Source of the DNA: an uncultured Bacteroidota bacterium
Lineage (GTDB): Bacteria > Bacteroidota > Bacteroidia > Flavobacteriales > Flavobacteriaceae
Direction: 5' to 3'
NCBI GenBank assembly: GCA_902526165.1
Contig: CABZKA010000002.1
Span: 29,871-93,870, forward strand
Length of the DNA: 64,000 bases
A model generated the notes under the pieces. It had not been told where the DNA came from. It saw nothing but the letters and a program-made list of their open reading frames with translations, and did not search any database. Both the position numbers and the translations under genes were made by a program. The first letter of the stretch is position 1. Each line of letters begins with the position of its first letter. Below are positions 21,695-32,207 of the stretch, one piece after another.

Positions 21695-23011
21695 ATGACA
21701 GAGGATTTTAATGATGATCAGAAAAAAGAGAGTTTAAGTCTTAAAACTCTTACTTTAAAATTTCTCTTTTTTCTAGCTGTAATAGCCGTTTCTTATAATC
21801 TATTTTTCAAGAATAATAATTCTGCAGAGGATTTAACAAAAATTGAGAAAAAAGAAAAAATAGTAAAGGAGTTTGGTTATGTCCTTAATGATTACACAGT
21901 TAAGCGTGATACAATAAAAAGCGGTGATTCGTTTGGACAAATTTTAGAAAACAACAATTTATTTTATCCGAGGATTTACAATATTGTACAGGCAACAAAT
22001 AAAATATTCAATATTAGAAAAATAAATGTAGGCAGACCTTATACAATTTTTTATTCAAAAGACTCTCTTGAAATTCCTGAATTATTTATCTACCAACCTA
22101 ACCCAATAGATTATGTTGTAGTCTCATTGTCAGATTCTATATGGGCAGAGAGAAAACAAAAGGAAGTAGAATTAAAGAGTTTAGAGGCATCAGGTACAAT
22201 TTATAGCTCACTTTCGGAAACAATGGAAAGTTTAGGATTAAGTCCTCTACTTACGAATGAGCTTTCAGAGATTTACGCATGGAACATAGATTTTTTTAGA
22301 CTGGAAAAAGGCGACAATTTTAAAATCATGTATACTTCTAAATATGTCAATGATTCCGTTTACATAGGTTTAAATAGAATACATAATGCCTATTTTGAAC
22401 ACCGAGGAAAACCATTTTATGCAGTTGAATTTAAAACAGACAGTTCGAGAAATATTTATGAATATTTTGATGAAAATGGGAAAAATTTGAGACGAGCTTT
22501 TCTATTATCACCTGTTCAGTTTAGTCGAATTTCATCGAGATTTAATCTGAGAAGAAAAATTGCATATTACGGAAAAATTAAACCCCACTATGGTACTGAT
22601 TTTGCCGCTCCCGTTGGAACTGAGATTAGAGCTACAGCAGCTGGACGAGTTGTTAAATCAGGGTACACAAGAGGAAACGGATATTACGTAACAATTAAAC
22701 ATAATGCAACTTATTCTACTCAATACTTGCATATGAAACAAAGAGGATTAAAGGTAGGGACATATGTTAGTCAAGGTGACAGAATTGGGTACGTTGGAAT
22801 GACTGGTTACACATCTGGCCCACACGTGTGTTACCGGTTTTGGAAGAATGGTAAGCAAGTAGACCCTCTAAAACAAAAACTTCCTGAAGCAAAACCGATA
22901 TCAAATACACTAAAGGAAGAGTACCTAGCATACATGAAACCAATAAAAGGTAGGTTGGATAAAATGAAATCTACTAACTTTGGGTTTAATCAGAAAAGTA
23001 TTATACCGTAA
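21695..23011 (+). CDS. M23 family metallopeptidase
   Basis: 438 aa. N-terminal TM anchor. HYGTDFAAPVGTEIRA and GMTGYTSGPHVCYRF (the HxxxD and HxH regions of LytM/M23). Confidence 0.85.
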   Translation: MTEDFNDDQKKESLSLKTLTLKFLFFLAVIAVSYNLFFKNNNSAEDLTKIEKKEKIVKEFGYVLNDYTVKRDTIKSGDSFGQILENNNLFYPRIYNIVQATNKIFNIRKINVGRPYTIFYSKDSLEIPELFIYQPNPIDYVVVSLSDSIWAERKQKEVELKSLEASGTIYSSLSETMESLGLSPLLTNELSEIYAWNIDFFRLEKGDNFKIMYTSKYVNDSVYIGLNRIHNAYFEHRGKPFYAVEFKTDSSRNIYEYFDENGKNLRRAFLLSPVQFSRISSRFNLRRKIAYYGKIKPHYGTDFAAPVGTEIRATAAGRVVKSGYTRGNGYYVTIKHNATYSTQYLHMKQRGLKVGTYVSQGDRIGYVGMTGYTSGPHVCYRFWKNGKQVDPLKQKLPEAKPISNTLKEEYLAYMKPIKGRLDKMKSTNFGFNQKSIIP

Positions 23012-24577
23012 ATGAGCCTTTCCAAAATTAATCCAACAAAAACAAAAGCATGGAAAGCACTTCTTAAAAAAAAGTTGGAGCTAGATGGTGCAAAAATTAT
23101 TGACCTTTTTGATTCTACAAACGATCGACTCAAAAAATTTTCTATAAATTTTGATAATCTATTTTTAGATTTTTCTAAAAATATAATTGATGATAAAACT
23201 TTTGCCCTATTACTAGAATTATGTGAAGAATGTGAATTGGAAAAAAATATAAAATGCCTTTTCAACGGAAATAAGATTAATGAAACTGAAAATAGATCTG
23301 TTCTCCACACAGCATTAAGAGATTTTGATTTAAATACCGAGATTGGAGATGAATTAAGCTCTGATAGAGAAAAAATAAAAAAATTCACTGAAGATATTTT
23401 ATCAGGTGTAATTAAAGGTTCTACCAATAAAAAAATAACTGATATAGTCAACGTTGGTATAGGCGGATCTGACCTTGGGCCTAATATGGTTGTAGAATCT
23501 TTGAAGTTTTATGAAACCGACCTTACATGTCATTTTGTTTCTAATGTTGATGGAGATCACCTTTCAGAAATATTAAAAAAGATTAACCCTGAGACTACTA
23601 TTTTTATAATAGTTTCAAAAACATTTACAACTCAGGAAACATTAACAAATGCAAAACAAATCAAAGATTTTTTAATTTCTAGATCCATTGAAGATGTATC
23701 AAAGCATTTTATAGGTGTTACGTCAAATATTAAAAGTGCTGTAGAATTTGGGTTTGATAAAGAGAATATTTTTAACATGTATGATTTTGTTGGGGGAAGA
23801 TTTTCTGTTTGGGGTTCTGTTGGATTATCAGTTTCATTAGCAGTTGGGTATGAAAATTTTGAAAAGTTTCTTAAAGGTGCAAATAAAATGGATGAACATT
23901 TTAGGGTTTCCAGTTTTGATAAGAATATTCCCGTTTGTCTTGCACTCATAAGTATTTGGTATAATAATTTTATGAACTGCGAAACAGAGGCTGTATTGCC
24001 CTACAGTGAATACCTAAAGTTTATACCCAACTATTTACAACAAATGTTCATGGAGAGTAATGGAAAATGTATAGATAGATCTTCTAGAAAAGTTGATTAT
24101 CAAACGGGTACGATTGTTTGGGGGGGCACAGGAACTAATTCACAACACGCATTTTTTCAATTACTTCATCAGGGAACAAAAATAATACCTTGTGATTTTA
24201 TTGGTTTTAAATCTTCATTACACGGCAATAATGAAGCTCATAATAAACTTATGTCAAACTTTATTGCGCAAACTCAAGCATTAATGATTGGTGGTTCAAT
24301 GGGTGATAGTCCATTTAGAAAATTTGAAGGAAATAACCCTTCAAATACAATTTTATTAGATAAAGTCAGCCCAGAATCTTTGGGGATGATATTGTCAATG
24401 TATGAACATAAAGTTTTTGTTCAAGGAATTATACTCAATATATTTAGTTTTGATCAATGGGGTGTTGAGCTTGGTAAATCATTGGCTAATACCTTATTAA
24501 CAGAAATTGAATCAAAAAATATCCTAGATCATGATCCTTCGACCGAAAATCTGCTCGATAAATTGATTAATAAATAA
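23012..24577 (+). CDS. pgi: Glucose-6-phosphate isomerase
   Basis: 521 aa. VGIGGSDLGP, SKTFTTQET and GVELGK blocks. Confidence 0.95.
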   Translation: MSLSKINPTKTKAWKALLKKKLELDGAKIIDLFDSTNDRLKKFSINFDNLFLDFSKNIIDDKTFALLLELCEECELEKNIKCLFNGNKINETENRSVLHTALRDFDLNTEIGDELSSDREKIKKFTEDILSGVIKGSTNKKITDIVNVGIGGSDLGPNMVVESLKFYETDLTCHFVSNVDGDHLSEILKKINPETTIFIIVSKTFTTQETLTNAKQIKDFLISRSIEDVSKHFIGVTSNIKSAVEFGFDKENIFNMYDFVGGRFSVWGSVGLSVSLAVGYENFEKFLKGANKMDEHFRVSSFDKNIPVCLALISIWYNNFMNCETEAVLPYSEYLKFIPNYLQQMFMESNGKCIDRSSRKVDYQTGTIVWGGTGTNSQHAFFQLLHQGTKIIPCDFIGFKSSLHGNNEAHNKLMSNFIAQTQALMIGGSMGDSPFRKFEGNNPSNTILLDKVSPESLGMILSMYEHKVFVQGIILNIFSFDQWGVELGKSLANTLLTEIESKNILDHDPSTENLLDKLINK

Positions 24578-24705
24578 GGCTGATCAACCTATATTAGTCC
24601 CCACTTGTTTTTTTTTAAAAAGTTTGTTCATAAAATTAATTTATACTTGACAATCTTATTAGAAAAAAATGGTAAATTCTGCCACATAATTTAAACAATA
24701 AATAA

Positions 24706-27423
24706 ATGAAAAAATTAATATTTTTCTTCATAACTGTTTTCATATTTGGAACAAGTTATGCTCAAAATTCAGTTTCTGGTACTGTTGTAGATGGTGAGGT
24801 CGGATCCGGCCTTCCAGGAGCATCCGTTGTTGTCAAAGGAACATCTGATGGTGTTTCAACTGACTTTAATGGTGCTTTTTCAATAAGTGCTGAAACTGGT
24901 GCAACACTAGTTGTGTCATACATTGGTTATGATTCGGTTGAGGTTGTTGTTGGTGAGTCTGGAGATTTAGGAACAATTGAACTTAATCCGGGTGAAAATA
25001 TTCTTTCAGGTGTAACAGTTTTTGGAACTGTTTCACTAGCAAAAGATAGAGAAACTCCTGTTGCAGTTTCTACACTTACCACAGCAGAAATCGAAGACCG
25101 AATTGGTAATCTAGAATTACCGGAGTTGTTGAACTCTACGCCTGGTGTTTACGCAACACGTCAAGGTGGTGCATTTGGTGACTCTAGAATTAATATCAGA
25201 GGTTTTCGTCAAGAAAATATTGCAGTTCTTATTAACGGAATGCCTGTTAATGACATGGAAAATGGACGAGTTTTTTGGAGTAACTGGGCAGGTCTGACTG
25301 ATGTTGTATCTGCAATGCAAGTTCAAAGAGGTTTAGGGTCCTCTCCTCTTCCAATTTCCTCTGTTGGTGGAACAATAAATATTGTAACAAAATCTACAGA
25401 CTTATCAAAAGGAGGAAAAGTTGCTGTAAGAGTCGGTAACGATGGATACATAAAGAAGACTTTAAACTATAACACTGGTGTTATGGATGGTGGTCATGCA
25501 CTATCATTTGTCTTCAGTAGAACAGCTGGTGATGGTATTGTTGATTTCACAGAGTTCGAAGCCTATTCTTACTTTTTAGGATATGGCTGGAAAAGTGAGG
25601 ATGACAAGAATAATGTTCAGTTAATTGTTACTGGTGCTCCGCAAACACATGGGCAAAGAACAACTAGTTATTATAACATGGCTAGGCTGTCAGACTATAT
25701 TGAGCACGGTATTTATTACAACTATAATGGTGGATACTATAATGGTGAGACTTTTAATATGAGAAAAAACTTTTATCATAAGCCAATTGCATCTTTAAAC
25801 TGGGAAAGTAAATTAAGTCCCAGTCAAACACTATCGGTAACTGCGTATGCCTCCTATGGTAGAGGTGGTGGAACTGGAGATTTAGGTAGAATCGGTTCAT
25901 ACTTTAGTAGTGGAAGATTTAGAAATGCTGACAGTGGACAAGTCCTCTGGGATGAAATTGCAAAGTCAAATAGTGGTGTAGGTGGTACATGGAGTTATGG
26001 TGGGGGTTATGCAAATACACCGGATGTTGCTACAGGACTATATATCATAAATGATCCAGACAATTATGTTGATGGGAGAAGAAGAAATGGTTTTATTAGA
26101 AGAGCATCCGTTAACTCTCACAACTGGTTTGGTGGACTTGTAAATTATAAAAATCAAGTCAACGACAACTTGGCTTTTCAAATTGGTGCTGATGTCAGAT
26201 ACTATACAGGTATACACTATAGAAGGTTAGATAACCTACTAGGCGCTGATGGATACAGGGATTTTGATAACGTCAATTATCCTGGTGGTTTTATAGCCAA
26301 AAAAGAATATTCATCAGATTTATCTAGTTTATGGAATGTCTTTAAATCAACAGACGATGAAGCAAAAATTGACTATCACAATGATGGAATTGTTTCGTGG
26401 GCGGGTGTCTTTGGTCAGGTTGAGTACGTGACTGAAGAAACATCGGTATTTGTTCAGGGATCTGTTGCAAATCAAGGATTCCAAAGAATTGATTATTTCA
26501 GATACACTGTTGATGATCCAATGCATAAAAGTGATACTAAAAATATTTTAGGTGGAACCATTAAAGCTGGTGCAAACTTTAACCTTGATGCTCAAAATAA
26601 TATTTTTGTTAATACTGGGTATTATTCGAAAGCTCCAAATTTTGATGCAGTTTTTCAAGATTATGACAATTTTATAACACCTGATGAAGAGCTAAGAAAT
26701 GAAAAAGTTTTGGGTCTTGAATTAGGTTATGGTTTCAGATCTAGTGATTTTAATATGAATATCAACCTTTTCAGAACTTCTTGGAAAGATAGATTTTTGT
26801 ATGAAGGAGTTAGAATTGATGGAGAAAGTGGTCAAGCAAATTATACAGGTATCGAACAATTACACACAGGAATTGAACTTGATGCTGTTTGGAACATTAG
26901 CCCATTTGTAAAACTAGAGGGCATGTTAACTCTAGGTAATTATGAATATGGGGGGAACTCTACTGATGATAATGTGACTAATAATGATGGTGTCTCAATT
27001 GGTTCTTCAACTTTATACTTGGACGGAATAAAAGTAGGAGACGGAGGTCAAACAACAGGTAGATTAAATTTAAGTGTATTTCCTTCAAGCGACTTAAAGT
27101 TTAATATAGCATTATTTGGTGCTGACAATATTTTCTCTAATATAAATGCAGAAGATTTTGATGAGCCAGATGGAGGAAATGCTCAACTACCAGCATATAA
27201 ACTTTTTGACTTTGGTGCTGGATACAACTTCGATTTATTTGGAAATAATGCTTATTTGAGATTAAATATTAATAACCTATTTGATGAAGAGTATTATCCT
27301 GAGATGGAAAATAACTACTTAGCAACTGATGATTCCACAAATTACATGGGAATAAATACTGCTAATAGAATTTTTCCTGGCTGGGGAAGAACTTGGAATG
27401 TAGGTTTGACTTACAGATTCTAA
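24706..27423 (+). CDS. TonB-dependent receptor (compositional outlier)
   Basis: 905 aa. Signal peptide and a CarboxypepD_reg-like domain (VSGTVVDGEVGSGLPGASVVVKG). Plug blocks (INIRGFRQENIAVLINGMPVND) and the terminal GLTYRF with C-terminal Phe. Confidence 0.9.
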   Translation: MKKLIFFFITVFIFGTSYAQNSVSGTVVDGEVGSGLPGASVVVKGTSDGVSTDFNGAFSISAETGATLVVSYIGYDSVEVVVGESGDLGTIELNPGENILSGVTVFGTVSLAKDRETPVAVSTLTTAEIEDRIGNLELPELLNSTPGVYATRQGGAFGDSRINIRGFRQENIAVLINGMPVNDMENGRVFWSNWAGLTDVVSAMQVQRGLGSSPLPISSVGGTINIVTKSTDLSKGGKVAVRVGNDGYIKKTLNYNTGVMDGGHALSFVFSRTAGDGIVDFTEFEAYSYFLGYGWKSEDDKNNVQLIVTGAPQTHGQRTTSYYNMARLSDYIEHGIYYNYNGGYYNGETFNMRKNFYHKPIASLNWESKLSPSQTLSVTAYASYGRGGGTGDLGRIGSYFSSGRFRNADSGQVLWDEIAKSNSGVGGTWSYGGGYANTPDVATGLYIINDPDNYVDGRRRNGFIRRASVNSHNWFGGLVNYKNQVNDNLAFQIGADVRYYTGIHYRRLDNLLGADGYRDFDNVNYPGGFIAKKEYSSDLSSLWNVFKSTDDEAKIDYHNDGIVSWAGVFGQVEYVTEETSVFVQGSVANQGFQRIDYFRYTVDDPMHKSDTKNILGGTIKAGANFNLDAQNNIFVNTGYYSKAPNFDAVFQDYDNFITPDEELRNEKVLGLELGYGFRSSDFNMNINLFRTSWKDRFLYEGVRIDGESGQANYTGIEQLHTGIELDAVWNISPFVKLEGMLTLGNYEYGGNSTDDNVTNNDGVSIGSSTLYLDGIKVGDGGQTTGRLNLSVFPSSDLKFNIALFGADNIFSNINAEDFDEPDGGNAQLPAYKLFDFGAGYNFDLFGNNAYLRLNINNLFDEEYYPEMENNYLATDDSTNYMGINTANRIFPGWGRTWNVGLTYRF

Positions 27424-27444
27424 GTTTTTTGTCATAGTTTATTT

Positions 27445-27476
27445 TAAAAAAGCCTCCATAAATGGGGGCTTTTTTA
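27445..27476. terminator. Bidirectional intrinsic terminator between convergent TBDR and rsmI
   Basis: aaaaaAGCCTCCataaatGGGGGCTttttt: a GC-rich imperfect hairpin (27451-27470) flanked by an A-run upstream and a T-run downstream. Confidence 0.7.
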
Positions 27477-28139
27477 TTTTAAACCTTCAACAATAATCAC
27501 AAATTCACCCTTAATTTTTCCATCACCAAGGTTGATAGTTCCAAGATTTCCTCTTATTGTTGATTCGTGAATTTTAGTTAACTCCTTTGATACAGATACT
27601 TTTCTATTATCTCCAAGGTAAATTTTTAAATCATTTAACGTTTTAAGAATTTTGTGGGGGGATTCGTAAAAGACCATTGTTCTAATCTCTCTTGAAAGCT
27701 CTTCTAATCTTTTTTTTCTTCCCTTTTTGATAGGTAAAAAACCCTCAAAAGTAAATCTCTCGCATGGTATTCCACTTACAATAAGAGCAGGAATAAGTGC
27801 AGTAGGTCCAGGTAAAGATTCTATTTCAATTTTACTCTCTAAACAGTTTTTAACAATTAAATATCCAGGATCGGAGATTCCTGGTGAACCGGCGTCAGAG
27901 ACAACACCAATAGTTAGCCCTTTTTTTAAATCATCAATTATATTTTTAATTTTTGAATGCTCATTAAACTTATGAAAAGACTTGAGCTTTTTTTTAATAT
28001 TCAAATGATTCATTAATTTGGCTGTACGTCTTGTGTCTTCACATAAAATATAGTCAACTTCGGAAAGAGTTGATACTGATCTGGCTGTAATATCTGCTAA
28101 ATTTCCAATTGGTGTTGGAATTAAAAATAGTTTTGACAT
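27474..28139 (-). CDS. rsmI: 16S rRNA (cytidine1402-2'-O)-methyltransferase
   Basis: 221 aa. LIPTPIGNLADIT, CEDTR and SDAGSPGISDPG blocks. Confidence 0.9.
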   Translation of the reverse strand: MSKLFLIPTPIGNLADITARSVSTLSEVDYILCEDTRRTAKLMNHLNIKKKLKSFHKFNEHSKIKNIIDDLKKGLTIGVVSDAGSPGISDPGYLIVKNCLESKIEIESLPGPTALIPALIVSGIPCERFTFEGFLPIKKGRKKRLEELSREIRTMVFYESPHKILKTLNDLKIYLGDNRKVSVSKELTKIHESTIRGNLGTINLGDGKIKGEFVIIVEGLK

Positions 28140-28212
28140 TTAAAATTATCTTTGTCTAAAATAATAACTAATGATGTTGTTAAATACTAAATTTTCAAAT
28201 AATTTAAGGTAA

Positions 28213-28764
28213 ATGGGTAGTATTGAGGTCATATGTGGTTCTATGTTTTCTGGAAAAACTGAAGAATTAATTCGAAGAATACAAGAACTTAATAACACAA
28301 ATCTAAACTACAAAGTCTTTAAACCAGAAATTGATAAAAGAAATAGAGAGAATAAAATTCTTTCTCACAGCAAAAAAAGTATTGATGCTATTAATATTAA
28401 AAATGCTGATGAAATTATTAACCATTCCATTCATTGTGATGTAATTGCAATTGATGAAGCTCAGTTTTTTTCAGAAGATATTATTGAAGTTTGCAACACA
28501 CTAGCAAATAAAGGAATTAGAATTATAATTGCAGGTTTAGATATGGATTATTTAGGGAAACCTTTTGGACCCATGCCAAAATTAATGGCAATTGCTGAAG
28601 ATGTTATAAAAGTTCATGCAATATGTACTGAAACAGGAAAACCGGCAAACTACAGCTTTAGAAAATCAAATAATGATGATACTGTAATGTTGGGTGAAAA
28701 AAATGAATATGAGCCTCTATCACGTGAAGCCTTTGTATCAAAAATGAAGAAGAAAAAAAATTGA
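28213..28764 (+). CDS. tdk: Thymidine kinase
   Basis: 183 aa. P-loop GSMFSGKTEEL, plus IDEAQFF. Confidence 0.93.
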   Translation: MGSIEVICGSMFSGKTEELIRRIQELNNTNLNYKVFKPEIDKRNRENKILSHSKKSIDAINIKNADEIINHSIHCDVIAIDEAQFFSEDIIEVCNTLANKGIRIIIAGLDMDYLGKPFGPMPKLMAIAEDVIKVHAICTETGKPANYSFRKSNNDDTVMLGEKNEYEPLSREAFVSKMKKKKN

Positions 28765-29861
28765 ATATTCAGAATACTCATATAGTAATTAATCTAAAAA
28801 ACTTAGAACATAATCTGAATTTTATAAGAAGTAAAATTTCAGAAAAAACAAAAATATTATGTGTTGTAAAAGCTTTTGGTTATGGATCTGAACCAATTGA
28901 AATAGCCAAAAGGCTAGAGGATAATAAGGTGGACTATTTAGCAGTTGCATATTCAAATGAAGGCATAGAATTAAGAAAATCAGGGATAACTACTCCAATT
29001 TTGGTATTGCATCCTCAAACGGACGATTTTGATGAGATTGTTAAATATCAACTTGAACCCAACATATACTCCTTCAGAATTTTAGAGTCCTTTCTAAAAA
29101 AAAGTGGTAATCTGAAAGAATATCCCTTTCATCTAAAATTCAATACAGGATTAAACAGGCTTGGTTTTTCATTTGGTGATATCGAGGATATATATAGAAA
29201 AATTTCATGTTTGCAGAGCGTCAAAATAAAATATATATTTTCTCACCTAGGTGCATCTGAAGATTTTAATGAAAAAGACTTTACTCAGAATCAGATTAAA
29301 TTATTTGAAAAAATATCTAAAAAAATGTCAACTATTTTTCAGGTGAACTTTAAGAAACATCTACTAAATACATCTGGTGTTATGAATTATAGCAAGTTTC
29401 AATACGATATGGTAAGAACTGGCATTGGGTTATATGGGTATGGAAATGATGATAAATATGAGAAGTTTTTTAAACCAGTTTTAAGTTTAAAGTCTATTAT
29501 TTCACAAGTCCATGAAATTAAAAAAGGAGATTCAGTTGGTTATAACAGAGGATTCATTGCAACAAAAGATATTAGAGTTGGAATTATTCCAATTGGACAT
29601 GCAGATGGCATCAGCAGAAGTTTTGGAAATGGTAGAGCAAGTTTTATCATTAATGGAATGAAAGCCCAAATAATTGGAAATGTATGTATGGATATGTTGA
29701 TGGTTGATATTTCAAAAATTAAATGTGCAGAAGGTGATGAAGTAATTATAATTGATTCTAATAGTCAAAATGCAGATCAACTTGCAAAACAAAATAGTTC
29801 AATCTCTTATGAGGTATTAACCTCACTATCGAATAGAATAAAAAGAATTTTTATAAAATAA
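28761..29861 (+). CDS. alr: Alanine racemase
   Basis: 366 aa. PLP-lysine block VVKAFGYG. The TTG start overlaps the tdk TGA (TTGA). Confidence 0.88.
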   Translation: MNIQNTHIVINLKNLEHNLNFIRSKISEKTKILCVVKAFGYGSEPIEIAKRLEDNKVDYLAVAYSNEGIELRKSGITTPILVLHPQTDDFDEIVKYQLEPNIYSFRILESFLKKSGNLKEYPFHLKFNTGLNRLGFSFGDIEDIYRKISCLQSVKIKYIFSHLGASEDFNEKDFTQNQIKLFEKISKKMSTIFQVNFKKHLLNTSGVMNYSKFQYDMVRTGIGLYGYGNDDKYEKFFKPVLSLKSIISQVHEIKKGDSVGYNRGFIATKDIRVGIIPIGHADGISRSFGNGRASFIINGMKAQIIGNVCMDMLMVDISKIKCAEGDEVIIIDSNSQNADQLAKQNSSISYEVLTSLSNRIKRIFIK

Positions 29862-29881
29862 TTTTAAATTAAATTTGAATT

Positions 29882-30871
29882 ATGAACATCGCAATAGTTG
29901 GGGCTACAGGTCTAGTTGGTCAAGTAATTTTAGAAATACTAGAAAAATTTGAATTTGATTTTGATAAAATTTATGCGATTGCATCAAAAAAATCTATTGG
30001 AAAAAGCATAAATTTTCGTGATCAAGAGATTACAATAATTTCCATTGAAAATTCCTTAGAAAAAGAAATTGATGTTGCAATTTTCAGTGCTGGAAAAGAA
30101 TTATCATTAAAGTGGGCTCCGATTTTTGTTGCTAAAGGAATTTACGTAATTGATAATTCCTCAGCTTGGAGAATGGATGAAACAAAAAAACTGATAGTAC
30201 CAGAAATCAATGGTCATATCTTAGAAAAAAATGATAAAATAATACCAAATCCAAATTGTTCAACTATACAAATGGTTTTGGCAATTCATTCTATTCATGC
30301 GAAGTATAATATTTTAAGAATTATTGTATCAACATATCAATCTATCTCCGGAAATGGCAGAAAGGCAATTGCTCAATTAGAGGGGGAACAAAATGGTTTT
30401 GAAACTGAAAAAGTTTATCCCTATCAAATTCATAAGAATGCTATTCCTCATTGTGATGAATTTGAAAAAAATGGTTATACCAAAGAAGAAATGAAGTTGA
30501 TTAATGAAACTAACAAAATACTTGATTCCAATATATCAATAACTGCAACTGCTGTAAGATTACCAATTTCTGGTGGGCACAGTGAATCAATAAATTTAAC
30601 TTTAGAGAATCAATTTAAAATTGATGACATAAAAAATGTGATAAAAAATTCTAAAGGTGTCATTTTAGAAGATAATCCATCTAAAAATCTTTATCCAATG
30701 CCTTTAAGTTCACAGGGAAAAGATGATGTTTATGTTGGAAGAGTTAGAAGGGATAATTCCTGTGAGAATAGTTTAAATATGTGGGTAGTATCTGATAATT
30801 TGAGAAAGGGAGCGGCAACTAATACTGTACAAATAATGAAACTACTTATAGAGAAAGGATTTATAAATTAA
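29882..30871 (+). CDS. asd: Aspartate-semialdehyde dehydrogenase
   Basis: 329 aa. [11 protein letters not shown] fold and active-site NPNCSTIQ. Confidence 0.93.
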   Translation: MNIAIVGATGLVGQVILEILEKFEFDFDKIYAIASKKSIGKSINFRDQEITIISIENSLEKEIDVAIFSAGKELSLKWAPIFVAKGIYVIDNSSAWRMDETKKLIVPEINGHILEKNDKIIPNPNCSTIQMVLAIHSIHAKYNILRIIVSTYQSISGNGRKAIAQLEGEQNGFETEKVYPYQIHKNAIPHCDEFEKNGYTKEEMKLINETNKILDSNISITATAVRLPISGGHSESINLTLENQFKIDDIKNVIKNSKGVILEDNPSKNLYPMPLSSQGKDDVYVGRVRRDNSCENSLNMWVVSDNLRKGAATNTVQIMKLLIEKGFIN

Positions 30872-32202
30872 AATTCAAAATCCTCCATAAATTTTGTGGT
30901 ATAGTCTCCTTTTAAATAATTTTCATTATCCATTAACTTTCTGTGAAATGGGATTGTTGTTTTTATGCCTTCAATGACAAATTCGTCGAGTGCTCTTCGC
31001 ATTTTATTAATTGCTTCAGACCGCTTTTGATCAGTCGTTATTATTTTAGCAATCATTGAGTCATAATTTGGTGATATTGTGTAACCACTGTAAACATGCG
31101 TATCAACACGTATACCGTGACCTCCCGGTAAATGCAAGTTTGTTATCAATCCTGGTGACGGTCTAAAGTTATTTTCTGGATCTTCAGCATTAATTCTACA
31201 TTCAATTGAATGAAGTTTTGGAAAGTAGGGTTTCCCCGATACCTTGGCCCCAGCAGCGACCTTAATTTGTTCTTTGATTAAATCATAATCAATAACTTGT
31301 TCAGTAATCGGATGTTCAACCTGAATTCTGGTATTCATTTCCATAAAGTAAAAATTTCTTTGACTATCAACTAGAAACTCTATAGTTCCAACTCCTTCAT
31401 AATCAATAAATTTTGCAGCTTTCACTGCGGCATTTCCCATTTTATTTCTTAAGCTTTTTATCATAAATGGAGATGGTGTTTCCTCTGTTAATTTTTGATG
31501 TCTTCTTTGGATTGAACAATCCCTCTCAGATAAATGACTTACGTTACCATATTGATCTGCTATAATTTGAATTTCAATATGACGTGGTTCTTGAATAAGC
31601 TTTTCAATATACATATCATCATTGCCAAATGCAGCTTTTGCTTCCTGCTTAGCACTAGACCAATTCTTTTTAAAATCGTTTCGTTTAAATACTGCTCTCA
31701 TTCCCTTTCCACCACCGCCTGCAGAAGCTTTTATCATGACGGGAAATCCTATTTTGACTGCTATTTTAAAAGCAATTTCAGCATCGTCGACAGCACCTCC
31801 TGATCCAGGAATAGTTGGCACTTTTGCTTTCTGCATCGTTGATACTGCTGTTGCTTTATCTCCCATTTTTTCTATCATTTCGGGTGATGGTCCGATAAAT
31901 TTTATTTTATGTTCACCACAAATTTTCGAAAACTTAGCATTTTCAGATAAGAATCCATATCCTGGATGTATAGCATCAGCATTTGTGATTTCTGCAGCGG
32001 CAATTATATTTGATATTTTTAAATAAGATTCACTACTGGGTGCTGGTCCAATACAAACTGCTTCATCAGCAAATTTAACATGGAGACTTTCTTCATCTGC
32101 TTTTGAGTAAACAGCGACAGTTTTGATACCCATTTCCTTACATGTTCTGATTACACGGAGAGCTATCTCACCTCTATTAGCAATTAATACTTTTTTGAAC
32201 AT
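30868..32202 (-). CDS. accC: Acetyl-CoA carboxylase biotin carboxylase subunit
   Basis: 444 aa. [15 protein letters not shown] and [11 protein letters not shown] blocks. Confidence 0.97.
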   Translation of the reverse strand: MFKKVLIANRGEIALRVIRTCKEMGIKTVAVYSKADEESLHVKFADEAVCIGPAPSSESYLKISNIIAAAEITNADAIHPGYGFLSENAKFSKICGEHKIKFIGPSPEMIEKMGDKATAVSTMQKAKVPTIPGSGGAVDDAEIAFKIAVKIGFPVMIKASAGGGGKGMRAVFKRNDFKKNWSSAKQEAKAAFGNDDMYIEKLIQEPRHIEIQIIADQYGNVSHLSERDCSIQRRHQKLTEETPSPFMIKSLRNKMGNAAVKAAKFIDYEGVGTIEFLVDSQRNFYFMEMNTRIQVEHPITEQVIDYDLIKEQIKVAAGAKVSGKPYFPKLHSIECRINAEDPENNFRPSPGLITNLHLPGGHGIRVDTHVYSGYTISPNYDSMIAKIITTDQKRSEAINKMRRALDEFVIEGIKTTIPFHRKLMDNENYLKGDYTTKFMEDFEF

Positions 32203-32207
32203 GGTTT

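Noticed and set aside
22990-23451. 153-aa minus-strand ORF spanning the M23 peptidase / pgi junction
   Set aside because: It is antisense to the well-supported pgi N-terminus. Its Ser/Phe/Leu-rich composition is typical of the reverse frame of AT-rich coding DNA.
24623-24649. Bacteroidota-type promoter (TTTG ... TAnnTTTG) upstream of the outlier TBDR
   Set aside because: TTTG (24623-24626) and TATACTTG (24642-24649) are present. However, the -7 box is imperfect and the spacing of about 15 nt is shorter than the consensus I recall. That is not enough support to call a feature.
31534-32026. Plus-strand ORFs of 89 and 134 aa inside accC
   Set aside because: They are antisense to a strongly supported accC reading frame. 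Their low-complexity Ala/Pro/Ile-rich translations are typical of shadow ORFs, and no independent signal supports them.
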